A stretch of DNA of 10,347 nucleotides from a virus (taxonomy: Duplodnaviria; Heunggongvirae; Uroviricota; Caudoviricetes). The stretch lies in IMG/VR virus record IMGVR_UViG_3300032250_000269, positions 89,069 to 99,415 of that record; one strand, 5' to 3'. The notes below the pieces were generated by a model. That model made no database searches and was not told the origin of the DNA. It saw only the letters and a list, made by a program, of their open reading frames with translations. The position numbers and the translations under genes are program-made. Below, in pieces: positions 1 to 6,820 of the stretch; position 1 is the stretch's first letter; every line of letters starts with the position of its first letter.

Positions 1-9
1 GATTATATA

Positions 10-627
10 ATGCCCACGGGATACACCGCTGATATTGAAAATGATATTTCGTTTGAAGATTTTATTCTAGGATGTGCACGTGCTTTTGGTGCAACAATGC
101 ATCAGCGTGACGATAACATGAAGGATAAGCCAAAGCTTCGTGACACTGAGAACAGCTATCATGTTGATGCACTTTTAGAAGCAAAGAAGAAGGTTGCTGA
201 GCTTGAATCCATGAAGGGTGTGAATGATCGCACTGCTTATGGTAAGAAGGTCATTGAAGAAGAAACTGCTTCAAGTCAAAAATATTTCAACTCAAAGATC
301 AGCCTAAGAAACAAGTATGAAGCTATGCTTCAGAAAGCATATAGCTGGAATCCACCAACACCCGATCATGACAATCTCAAGCAGTTTATGATTGAACAAA
401 TCACCTCATCAATCAACTTCGATTGCGACACCAAGTATACTATGGAACGTCTTACTGAGCTTAGCAAGGCTAAGCCCCTTGATAAGTATAATGATGATTT
501 GCGCCTTGCATACAAGGATGTAGAGTATCATGAGACTGAACTTATGAAAGAACGTGAACGTAATGTAGGTGCCAATAAGTGGATTTCTGCACTATATGAT
601 TCGCTAGGAATTGAATACGATAATTAA
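10..627 (+). CDS. Phage hypothetical protein (205 aa)
   Basis: Long ORF ending TAA. The N-terminus MPTGYTA..I....F..F...CARAFGA resembles a recurring phage hypothetical family, but I cannot assign a function. Confidence 0.8.
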   Translation: MPTGYTADIENDISFEDFILGCARAFGATMHQRDDNMKDKPKLRDTENSYHVDALLEAKKKVAELESMKGVNDRTAYGKKVIEEETASSQKYFNSKISLRNKYEAMLQKAYSWNPPTPDHDNLKQFMIEQITSSINFDCDTKYTMERLTELSKAKPLDKYNDDLRLAYKDVEYHETELMKERERNVGANKWISALYDSLGIEYDN

Positions 628-637
628 TGGAGAGTGT

Positions 638-1519
638 ATGAAAGGCATTATCATGGCCGCTGGTAACGGGACAAGGTTGTATCCCGCTACTCTAAGCATT
701 TCAAAACAACTACTTCCGGTATATGATAAGCCAATGATCTATTACCCGCTTGCTACACTCATGCAAGCGGGTATTAGTGATATTCTAATCATCGTCATGC
801 CACGTGACAAGATTGCATTCCAGAACCTTCTAGGTGATGGTTCGCAGTATGGTATTAAGATCACATATGCAGAACAAGAAATTCCTGCTGGTATTGCTGA
901 AGCATTTTTGATTGGCGAAGAGTTTATTGGAGGTGATGATGTTGCCTTGATTCTTGGTGATAATATTTACCATGGTAATGGGCTATGGGATAAGTTACAA
1001 ACTGCCCGTTGTTTTCCTCTTGGTAAATCAACCGTGTTTGCTTATCATGTTGATGATCCAGAACGCTATGGTGTTGTTGGTTTTGACAAAAAAGGTCGCC
1101 CAAACTCTATCGTTGAGAAGCCATCAAAGCCTAAGTCAAATTGGGCTGTAACTGGTCTGTACTTCTACACCAATGATGTTGTAGATATCGCAAAATCGAT
1201 TGAACCTTCTGCTCGTGGTGAGCTTGAAATTACAGATGTTAATCAAATTTTCCTTGATTATTCACAATTGCGTGTAGAAAAGCTTGGATATGGTTATGCA
1301 TGGCTTGATACTGGAACACACGAAAGTCTTTTGGAAGCTAGCTCGTTCGTTGGTACGATTGAACGTAGGCAAGGAATGAAGATTGCTTGTCTTGAAGAAA
1401 TTGCTTACAATAATGGATGGATGAGCCAAGAACAAGTAATTCAACGTGCCCAAATGTTCATCAAGACTGATTATGGCGCATATCTAATGAAGAAAGTAAA
1501 TCAAAATGACTTCTTTTGA
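638..1519 (+). CDS. rmlA: Glucose-1-phosphate thymidylyltransferase (293 aa)
   Basis: Motifs [54 protein letters not shown] and [17 protein letters not shown] 638 follows GGAG at 629-632 and is preferred over the upstream TTG 611 in the ORF track. Confidence 0.96.
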   Translation: MKGIIMAAGNGTRLYPATLSISKQLLPVYDKPMIYYPLATLMQAGISDILIIVMPRDKIAFQNLLGDGSQYGIKITYAEQEIPAGIAEAFLIGEEFIGGDDVALILGDNIYHGNGLWDKLQTARCFPLGKSTVFAYHVDDPERYGVVGFDKKGRPNSIVEKPSKPKSNWAVTGLYFYTNDVVDIAKSIEPSARGELEITDVNQIFLDYSQLRVEKLGYGYAWLDTGTHESLLEASSFVGTIERRQGMKIACLEEIAYNNGWMSQEQVIQRAQMFIKTDYGAYLMKKVNQNDFF

Positions 1520-2036
1520 ACGTATGAACATACCAGATGTAATTAAAATTATCCCTGATCAACATGTAGATAATAGAGGTATATTCTCTGAAGTATATGT
1601 TGATCATCTCACCATGCCTCGTTGGTTTCAGGATAATCAGAGTATTTCATATAAGGCTGGTACAGTTCGTGGTCTTCATTATCAACGTGGAGTATACGCA
1701 CAGGCAAAGTTGGTTCGTTGTGTATATGGATCAATTATTGATGTTGCAGTTGATATTCGTCCAGACTCGCCAACATATGGAAAACATGTTGCAGAAATTC
1801 TGTCATCGGTTAATGGTTCTCAGCTATTAATTCCAAAAGGATTTGCTCACGGATTTATGACATTGACAGATAATGCTATTGTATTATATAAGGTAGATAA
1901 TGTCTATCATAAGGATAGCGAAGCGGCCATTCGCTGGAATGATCCTGACTTGGATATTGGATGGAACTATCTAAAGGCAACAGCAATCTCTGATAAGGAT
2001 GCAGCCGCACCATTTTTCAAGGATATCATACTATGA
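1506..2036 (+). CDS. rmlC: dTDP-4-dehydrorhamnose 3,5-epimerase
   Basis: Cupin RmlC motifs [22 protein letters not shown] (catalytic His), [31 protein letters not shown] and IRWNDP. Overlaps the rmlA stop. Confidence 0.96.
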   Translation: MTSFERMNIPDVIKIIPDQHVDNRGIFSEVYVDHLTMPRWFQDNQSISYKAGTVRGLHYQRGVYAQAKLVRCVYGSIIDVAVDIRPDSPTYGKHVAEILSSVNGSQLLIPKGFAHGFMTLTDNAIVLYKVDNVYHKDSEAAIRWNDPDLDIGWNYLKATAISDKDAAAPFFKDIIL

Positions 2037-3052
2037 TTAAATATAAGTTTTTAGTTACTGGTGGTGCTGGTTTTATTGGTTCTGCTGTATGTCGTATGCT
2101 TATTGAGCAAGGACATTATGTTGTATGCTATGACAAACTAACATATGCTGGTAATATGAATTCACTTCGTAGTATTGCAGAAAATGAAAGATTTCATTTT
2201 GTTCATGGCGATATTTCTAACGAAAATCTTGTTGCCGAAACACTCAACAAGTATGAGATTGATATATGCATGAACTTGGCTGCTGAAAGTCATGTTGATC
2301 GTTCAATCGACAATCCATTTGCTTTCATCGATACTAATGTATTTGGCACATATAAGCTTCTTGAAGCATGTTTGAATTATTGGAAGTATAGAAACAATAT
2401 TTTTGTTTTTCATCATATTTCAACTGATGAAGTATTTGGCGATCTACCATTTGACAATAGCGTATTCACAGAAACCACTGCATATGCTCCTAGTTCACCA
2501 TATTCTGCTTCTAAGGCTTCTTCTGACCACTTTGTAAGAGCATGGCACGAAACATATGGCCTTCCTGTTATAGTAACAAACTGTTCAAATAACTATGGAC
2601 CATATCACTTTCCTGAGAAGCTTATACCATTAACAATTCTTAATGCTTTGCAACAAAAACCACTTCCTGTATATGGAAATGGTGGTAATGTTCGTGATTG
2701 GCTTTATGTGTATGATCATGCAAGAGCACTTATTTTAGTAGCAACTGAAGGTGTAATTGGTCATACATATTGCATCGGTGGTCGTGAGGAACGTACTAAT
2801 ATACAGGTGGTAGAAGCCATTTGTGATATTGTTGATTATCATATAGGCAATCCTCTTGAAAGTCGTCATCTTATTACTTTTGTAAAGGATAGGCCCGGTC
2901 ATGATCGTCGTTATGCTATTGATCCTTCAAAGATTGAACATGATCTTGGTTGGAAGGCACAGGAAACATTTGATAGTGGTTTAGAAAAGACTGTGCTATG
3001 GTACATTCAAAATAAATGGTGGTGGTCGCAAATTGAGACCTCAAATAAGTGA
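2033..3052 (+). CDS. rmlB: dTDP-glucose 4,6-dehydratase
   Basis: Rossmann [40 protein letters not shown] (YxxxK), [14 protein letters not shown] and [16 protein letters not shown] overlap with rmlC. Confidence 0.96.
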   Translation: MIKYKFLVTGGAGFIGSAVCRMLIEQGHYVVCYDKLTYAGNMNSLRSIAENERFHFVHGDISNENLVAETLNKYEIDICMNLAAESHVDRSIDNPFAFIDTNVFGTYKLLEACLNYWKYRNNIFVFHHISTDEVFGDLPFDNSVFTETTAYAPSSPYSASKASSDHFVRAWHETYGLPVIVTNCSNNYGPYHFPEKLIPLTILNALQQKPLPVYGNGGNVRDWLYVYDHARALILVATEGVIGHTYCIGGREERTNIQVVEAICDIVDYHIGNPLESRHLITFVKDRPGHDRRYAIDPSKIEHDLGWKAQETFDSGLEKTVLWYIQNKWWWSQIETSNK

Positions 3053-3058
3053 GGTATT

Positions 3059-3382
3059 ATGTCTCTTTTAGATTTTATTGAAACAGACGATGATGATCCT
3101 ATGGTAAATGCAGTACAGTCGTTATCTGAAAAGATTCGTCAACGCCGTATTCAAATGTTGGTTCATTCATATATTTACTATCATATGGATGACAATGTTG
3201 TCAGTGATGATAAGTGGCAACAATGGGCTGATGAGCTTGTAGAACTACAAAAGCGTAAGCAAACCATAGGGTTTTATGATAAAGCCTTTATAGATTGGAC
3301 AGGAGCATCAGGTGCTTTCTTACCTTTTGATCCATGGGTGAAAGAAAGAGCAAAAAACCTCTTGACCAAAAAAGAATCATAA
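3059..3382 (+). CDS. Stand-alone protein resembling NAD-dependent DNA ligase N-terminal domain Ia
   Basis: IRQRRIQMLVHSYIYYHMDDNVVSDDKWQQWADELVELQ matches the LigA Ia pattern (H..YY..D.P.ISD..YD.L..EL..LE). No adenylation KxDG motif. SD GAGG at 3051-3054. Confidence 0.65.
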   Translation: MSLLDFIETDDDDPMVNAVQSLSEKIRQRRIQMLVHSYIYYHMDDNVVSDDKWQQWADELVELQKRKQTIGFYDKAFIDWTGASGAFLPFDPWVKERAKNLLTKKES

Positions 3383-3390
3383 TATATAAG
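3362..3390 (+). promoter_or_regulatory. Sigma70-like early promoter TTGACC-17-TATAAG
   Basis: TTGACC 3362-3367, 17-nt spacer, TATAAG 3385-3390, followed by GGGTC. Same layout as the promoter at 3977. Confidence 0.6.
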
Positions 3391-3419
3391 GGGTCCATCG
3401 AAAGCGAAAGGACTTCAAA

Positions 3420-3803
3420 ATGCTCAATCTTTCTGACATTAACGCTCTGACCAACTCGCATGATGGTGATATCTATTCTGACCTGTACAAGGACGTTTAT
3501 GGTTGTCGTCCCCGTTACGCTAAGTTTTTTTCGGTTGAAGAATTTGACGAAGATTTCAAGTTTCTTTCGAAGAAGCTTAACGAACAGATTGAGCAAGATA
3601 AGAAGTGGCAGGAAAAGAACCGCATTTCTTTCGAAATCCGCATCAACGAAATCATGTTTGTCACCAACAACATGAACCGTGAAGATGCTCTTCGTATCCT
3701 CGCTCAGGCAGAAGATATGGAAGAAGATATCAAGTTTTATGGTTGGGAACGTATGGAATACGAATTCGACCTTGGTTATGGTTATATTAAGGGGACGATG
3801 TAA
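3420..3803 (+). CDS. Conserved T4-like phage hypothetical protein (SDLYKDVYGCRPR motif)
   Basis: 127-aa ORF with SD AAAGGA at 3407-3412. The YSDLYKDxYGxRPR motif recurs in T4-like phage hypotheticals. Confidence 0.85.
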   Translation: MLNLSDINALTNSHDGDIYSDLYKDVYGCRPRYAKFFSVEEFDEDFKFLSKKLNEQIEQDKKWQEKNRISFEIRINEIMFVTNNMNREDALRILAQAEDMEEDIKFYGWERMEYEFDLGYGYIKGTM

Positions 3804-3961
3804 TGACTAGAGAAATGGCAGAACAAATCGTTGATGACATTATCAAGGATATCAAAGGTCGTAGAGGTATTGGCGATGAATTTTGTCAAATCGACCTAGA
3901 AACACGTGATGAAATTTTCGAAGAGTGGGTTGATATTGTTTTGAGTGGTAGCAACATTTAA
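3803..3961 (+). CDS. Small phage hypothetical protein (52 aa, MTREMAEQIVDDIIKDIKGRRGIGDEF...)
   Basis: Absent from the ORF track and read by hand. TAATG overlap with the upstream stop, SD AAGGGG at 3789-3794, ends TAA 3959-3961. Confidence 0.75.
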   Translation: MTREMAEQIVDDIIKDIKGRRGIGDEFCQIDLETRDEIFEEWVDIVLSGSNI

Positions 3962-3970
3962 ACGATAAAA

Positions 3971-4019
3971 AATTTGTTGACACCCTTATTTTTTCATATT
4001 ATAAGGGGGTCAACAAATT
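3971..4019. repeat. 19-bp inverted repeat (one mismatch) enclosing the promoter
   Basis: AATTTGTTGACACCCTTAT (3971-3989) pairs with ATAAGGGGGTCAACAAATT (4001-4019) around an 11-nt loop. Confidence 0.9.
3977..4005 (+). promoter_or_regulatory. Sigma70-like early promoter TTGACA-17-TATAAG
   Basis: TTGACA 3977-3982, 17-nt spacer, TATAAG 4000-4005, followed by GGGGTC. Confidence 0.75.
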
Positions 4020-4026
4020 AAAGGAA

Positions 4027-4284
4027 TTGATTATGAAGATTGTCCAGTGTTATGACATTCAAGTTTGGGATGGCGGCGATCGCACTAACCATAAGTATTA
4101 TGTTTCTTCGCAGGAAGCCGCAGATCAATGGTTGGCTAAGAATCGGTTTGATACAGTTACTTATCGTGAGTTAATCATATTTGATGATCTTGCTGAGATT
4201 GAAGACTATGATAAGGGTGAAGCTCGTAAACGTGCTCTTGCCAAGCTCACCCCTGAAGACAAGATTGCACTTGGTATTAAGTGA
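4027..4284 (+). CDS. Phage hypothetical protein (about 83-85 aa)
   Basis: ORF directly after the promoter, SD AAAGGA near 4020-4025. The likely start is ATG 4033. C-terminal RKRALAKLTPEDKIALGI. Confidence 0.8.
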   Translation: MIMKIVQCYDIQVWDGGDRTNHKYYVSSQEAADQWLAKNRFDTVTYRELIIFDDLAEIEDYDKGEARKRALAKLTPEDKIALGIK

Positions 4285-4296
4285 AAGGTTTATATT

Positions 4297-5343
4297 ATGA
4301 TTAAGTTTCCTAGCGTAGATCAGTTTCGTAACGTGATTCGTCACGTACAGACGCATACACGTTATGCTGGTAAGGATGAGAACGGTGAAGCAATTTATGA
4401 TGCTTCTCGCCCACTTCCTACACTGAAGTTTCGTGGCACTGTAAAGCTTCATGGTACTAATGCTGGTATCGTGTATGATAATGCGACTGATTCAATCACG
4501 TATCAGTCACGTGAGCGTGTGTTGTCACTTACTCAAGACAACGCTGGCTTCATGCTGAACATGATGAACCATGAAGATAAGCTTCTCAAGGCATTTCGCA
4601 CCATGGCTTTTAATCACACTCCCGATCTTGATAAGATTGCGGTGTTTGGTGAGTGGTGTGGACAGGGAATTCAAAAGGGAGTTGCTGTAAGCGAACTTCC
4701 TAAGATGTTTGTTGTATTTGCTATCAAGTTTACATTCACTGATGGTTATTTTGAGTGGGTTGACATTGAAGGCGATGAGATTGAAGGTACAACAATCCCT
4801 AACATGTTTTACATCGATGATTTTCCAACATGGGAAATTGATGTTGACTTCAAGTATCCTGAGATTGCTCAGAACGAGATGATCAAGATCACTGAAGCGG
4901 TCGAAGCTGAATGTCCTGTTGGTAAGCACTTTGGTGTTTCTGGTATTGGTGAAGGTGTTGTATGGGCCTGTATCAGTGAAGGATGGGAGGATAACTCTGG
5001 AACTTGGTTCAAGGTCAAGGGTGAGAAGCATTCTGTTTCAAAGGTGAAGACACTTGCTGCCGTTGACATTGAAGCTGTCGAAAACATGCGTGAGTTTGTT
5101 AAGAGTGTGGTAACTGAAGCACGACTTGAACAAGGTCTTGACAACCTAGTACGTGAGCAGCTAAAGCCTTTTGAAATGACAAGCATGGGTGACTTCATTC
5201 GTTGGATATACAACGATGTACTCAAGGAAGAAATGGACACTATCATCGCTAACCAAATCGATCCTAAAAAGCTGGGTGGCGCTGTTGCTAACGAAGCACG
5301 TCCTTGGTTCATCAAGAAGTTTAATGAAGGTGTAGGTCTTTAA
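4297..5343 (+). CDS. rnl2: RNA ligase, Rnl2 family (348 aa)
   Basis: Nucleotidyltransferase motifs: I KLHGTN (Rnl2-type KxHGxN), III FGEWCG, IIIa VFAI, IV GEGVVW, V FKVK. SD AAAGG upstream. Confidence 0.85.
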   Translation: MIKFPSVDQFRNVIRHVQTHTRYAGKDENGEAIYDASRPLPTLKFRGTVKLHGTNAGIVYDNATDSITYQSRERVLSLTQDNAGFMLNMMNHEDKLLKAFRTMAFNHTPDLDKIAVFGEWCGQGIQKGVAVSELPKMFVVFAIKFTFTDGYFEWVDIEGDEIEGTTIPNMFYIDDFPTWEIDVDFKYPEIAQNEMIKITEAVEAECPVGKHFGVSGIGEGVVWACISEGWEDNSGTWFKVKGEKHSVSKVKTLAAVDIEAVENMREFVKSVVTEARLEQGLDNLVREQLKPFEMTSMGDFIRWIYNDVLKEEMDTIIANQIDPKKLGGAVANEARPWFIKKFNEGVGL

Positions 5344-5528
5344 TGTACTTTTATCAAGCACAGTGGTGGGACGAAGGAAACCAGTTTGGCGAACTTCGTT
5401 CCACACGTGAAGAAGCAATTGCTGATCTTGCATCAATGGGTTGTCCTGTAGAAAAACTTGTTGAAGATAAGCATGGTTTGATGTATGTACCGAATATGGG
5501 TTGGGGAATTGCAATTCTTCATGTTTGA
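5343..5528 (+). CDS. Small hypothetical protein (61 aa)
   Basis: TAATG overlap with the ligase stop indicates translational coupling. No recognisable motif. Confidence 0.7.
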   Translation: MYFYQAQWWDEGNQFGELRSTREEAIADLASMGCPVEKLVEDKHGLMYVPNMGWGIAILHV

Positions 5529-5534
5529 TATTGT

Positions 5535-5610
5535 GCTCTCTTAGCTCAGTGGTTAGAGTAAGACTCTCTAAAAGTCATGGTCGTGGGTTCGAATCCCACA
5601 GAGAGCACCA
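5535..5610 (+). tRNA. Amber suppressor tRNA, anticodon CUA
   Basis: Acceptor stem GCTCTCT/AGAGAGC, A73 and encoded CCA (5608-5610). D arm GCTC-AGTGGTTA-GAGT. Anticodon stem (A)GACT/AGTC(A) with loop CT-CTA-AA (anticodon 5568-5570). Short variable loop TGGTC. T arm GTGGG-TTCGAAT-CCCAC. Confidence 0.93.
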
Positions 5611-5627
5611 TTTTTTAGGAAAATGAT

Positions 5628-5816
5628 ATGAGTTTTTTTGAATATATCAGGTCACGAGAACTTTATAAATATCATAGCGAAGGAGCTAGTCCTTGGCCAT
5701 CTAACATACAGGTTATTTTTGCAGAAAAATTATTGCAAAAATGTAAAAAAATGGAAGAACAATTTCCTGTATTTCCAGAAATGTATGATAAATATCTTAG
5801 AGACAAATATGTATGA
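5628..5816 (+). CDS. Small hypothetical protein (62 aa)
   Basis: SD AGGA at 5617-5620, 7 nt before the ATG. Ends TGA. Confidence 0.65.
   Translation: MSFFEYIRSRELYKYHSEGASPWPSNIQVIFAEKLLQKCKKMEEQFPVFPEMYDKYLRDKYV
5664..5671 (+). promoter_or_regulatory. Possible T4-type late promoter TATAAATA inside ORF 5628-5816
   Basis: Perfect match to the gp55 late consensus, with a variant GATAAATA at 5787-5794. Chance matches are plausible in AT-rich DNA. Confidence 0.35.
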
Positions 5817-5956
5817 CAGATATGAGTTCGTACACAAGTAACAGAGTTTTCGAAGGTAAGCGTGTTATTACTGACGAACAAGCCAAAAGGCACCGTGAAA
5901 GGCTCAAAAGAGCATTAGATAGAAGGAAGAATGATATGAGCACTGAAACTATGTAG
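5813..5956 (+). CDS. Small basic ORF (47 aa) ending in amber TAG; an internal SD could yield a 6-aa leader MSTETM (5936-5956)
   Basis: Read by hand: MTDMSSYTSNRVFEGKRVITDEQAKRHRERLKRALDRRKNDMSTETM*. ATGA overlap with the upstream gene. AAGGA 5923-5927 lies 8 nt before ATG 5936. Confidence 0.6.
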   Translation: MTDMSSYTSNRVFEGKRVITDEQAKRHRERLKRALDRRKNDMSTETM

Positions 5957-5977
5957 CCGTATGACGCAATAGGACCA

Positions 5978-6027
5978 CCTTGTGGTTTAATAAGACCAAA
6001 CACAAAAATCTTATTAAAACACAAAGG
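5978..6027 (+). promoter_or_regulatory. RBS-sequestering hairpin in front of the gene at 6037
   Basis: CCTTGTG-G-TTTAATAAGA (5978-5995) pairs with TCTTATTAAA-A-CACAAAGG (6009-6027), about 17 bp. It covers most of the SD AAAGGA (6023-6028). Confidence 0.7.
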
Positions 6028-6036
6028 AATTCTATT

Positions 6037-6420
6037 ATGACAAATTTTATTAATACATTTAAGGCTAAAGCTCACTCAAAGAATCTAACATGTGCAGACA
6101 TGATTGCTCTATGCATCTATCGCACAGTCAAAGCTAAGTCAGAAGACAAAGAAACAATCCTTAAGTATTTTCTAACAAAATCATTTTCTGCTGGCAAGGT
6201 ATGTGCTCATAGGCAGTATCCTTATCAGTCAATCATCAATGCGATGTATAACTTCAACCATAGACTTCGTGGTGGTAGAATTTGGATGGATAATGCGTGG
6301 AAGCAAACCAGTGGTATTGTTCTTGGTGTCGAAGTAACTGAAGTTTTGACAGAAGAAGAACTGTTGAAGTTTCGTGAACTAGCTGCTATGATTACTCCTG
6401 ATTTTGTAAAGGCACTTTGA
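6037..6420 (+). CDS. Hypothetical protein (127 aa), upstream partner of the Pth2-like gene
   Basis: ATG 6037 with SD AAAGGA at 6023-6028, preferred over TTG 5980. Only 1 nt separates it from the next gene. Confidence 0.85.
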   Translation: MTNFINTFKAKAHSKNLTCADMIALCIYRTVKAKSEDKETILKYFLTKSFSAGKVCAHRQYPYQSIINAMYNFNHRLRGGRIWMDNAWKQTSGIVLGVEVTEVLTEEELLKFRELAAMITPDFVKAL

Positions 6421-6421
6421 T

Positions 6422-6793
6422 ATGAGACATTACGCATACTTTTTCACTCGCCAAGATATTTCTCCTGAATATCAAGTAGTACAGACAGCACATGCCGCAT
6501 TCCAGCTTGGGGTAAACTCCCAACGCTGGATTGACTCTCCACCACCAAAACAGCAAGTGATGGATGATGTTAAGGCTGAGAACACCAACTACTTCACTGT
6601 AGTTGGTGTTCGCAATCTTGACGCACTTCTTGCTGTGTCTACAATCCTTGACAAGTTTAATTTCAAGTATGAAGTTTTTCGTGAGGATGATCTTAACGGA
6701 GAACCAACTTCGATTGCAGTATATCCTATCGAAGATATTGCTAGAGGACCACTACTAGCATTTAACCTTCTCAAGATCGATAAAAAGAGTTGA
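6422..6793 (+). CDS. Peptidyl-tRNA hydrolase type II (Pth2)-like protein
   Basis: PTH2-family pattern: YFFTRQDIS..YQVVQTAHAA (cf. vvRxDL....xAQxxHA), central VVGV, then VFREDDL..EPTSIAVYP and a C-terminal R....LL. Confidence 0.7.
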   Translation: MRHYAYFFTRQDISPEYQVVQTAHAAFQLGVNSQRWIDSPPPKQQVMDDVKAENTNYFTVVGVRNLDALLAVSTILDKFNFKYEVFREDDLNGEPTSIAVYPIEDIARGPLLAFNLLKIDKKS

Positions 6794-6810
6794 CTTGAGA
6801 AGCGAATCAT

Positions 6811-6818
6811 ACTAAATA
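6811..6818 (+). promoter_or_regulatory. Late-promoter variant ACTAAATA directly upstream of the tmRNA gene
   Basis: 6/8 match to TATAAATA, located immediately before the first paired segment of the tmRNA precursor. Confidence 0.5.
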
Positions 6819-6820
6819 GA

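Noticed and set aside
611-637. ORF-track TTG start for rmlA (likewise TTG 5980 for gene 6037)
   Set aside because: Downstream ATGs have good SDs, and for RmlA the ATG matches the family N-terminus MKGII.
954-1830. Alternative-frame ORFs 954-1151, 1262-1453 and 1597-1830
   Set aside because: Nested in rmlA and rmlC, with no independent support.
4525-5514. Minus-strand ORFs 4525-5031, 4869-5315 and 5161-5514
   Set aside because: Antisense shadows of the codon-biased RNA ligase gene, with no motifs or RBS.
5560-5577. Reading the tRNA as Arg(UCU) by shifting the anticodon loop one base
   Set aside because: The shifted register destroys the anticodon stem and puts C at position 33. The GACT/AGTC stem encloses exactly 7 nt with CTA central, and the Arg identity base A20 is absent.
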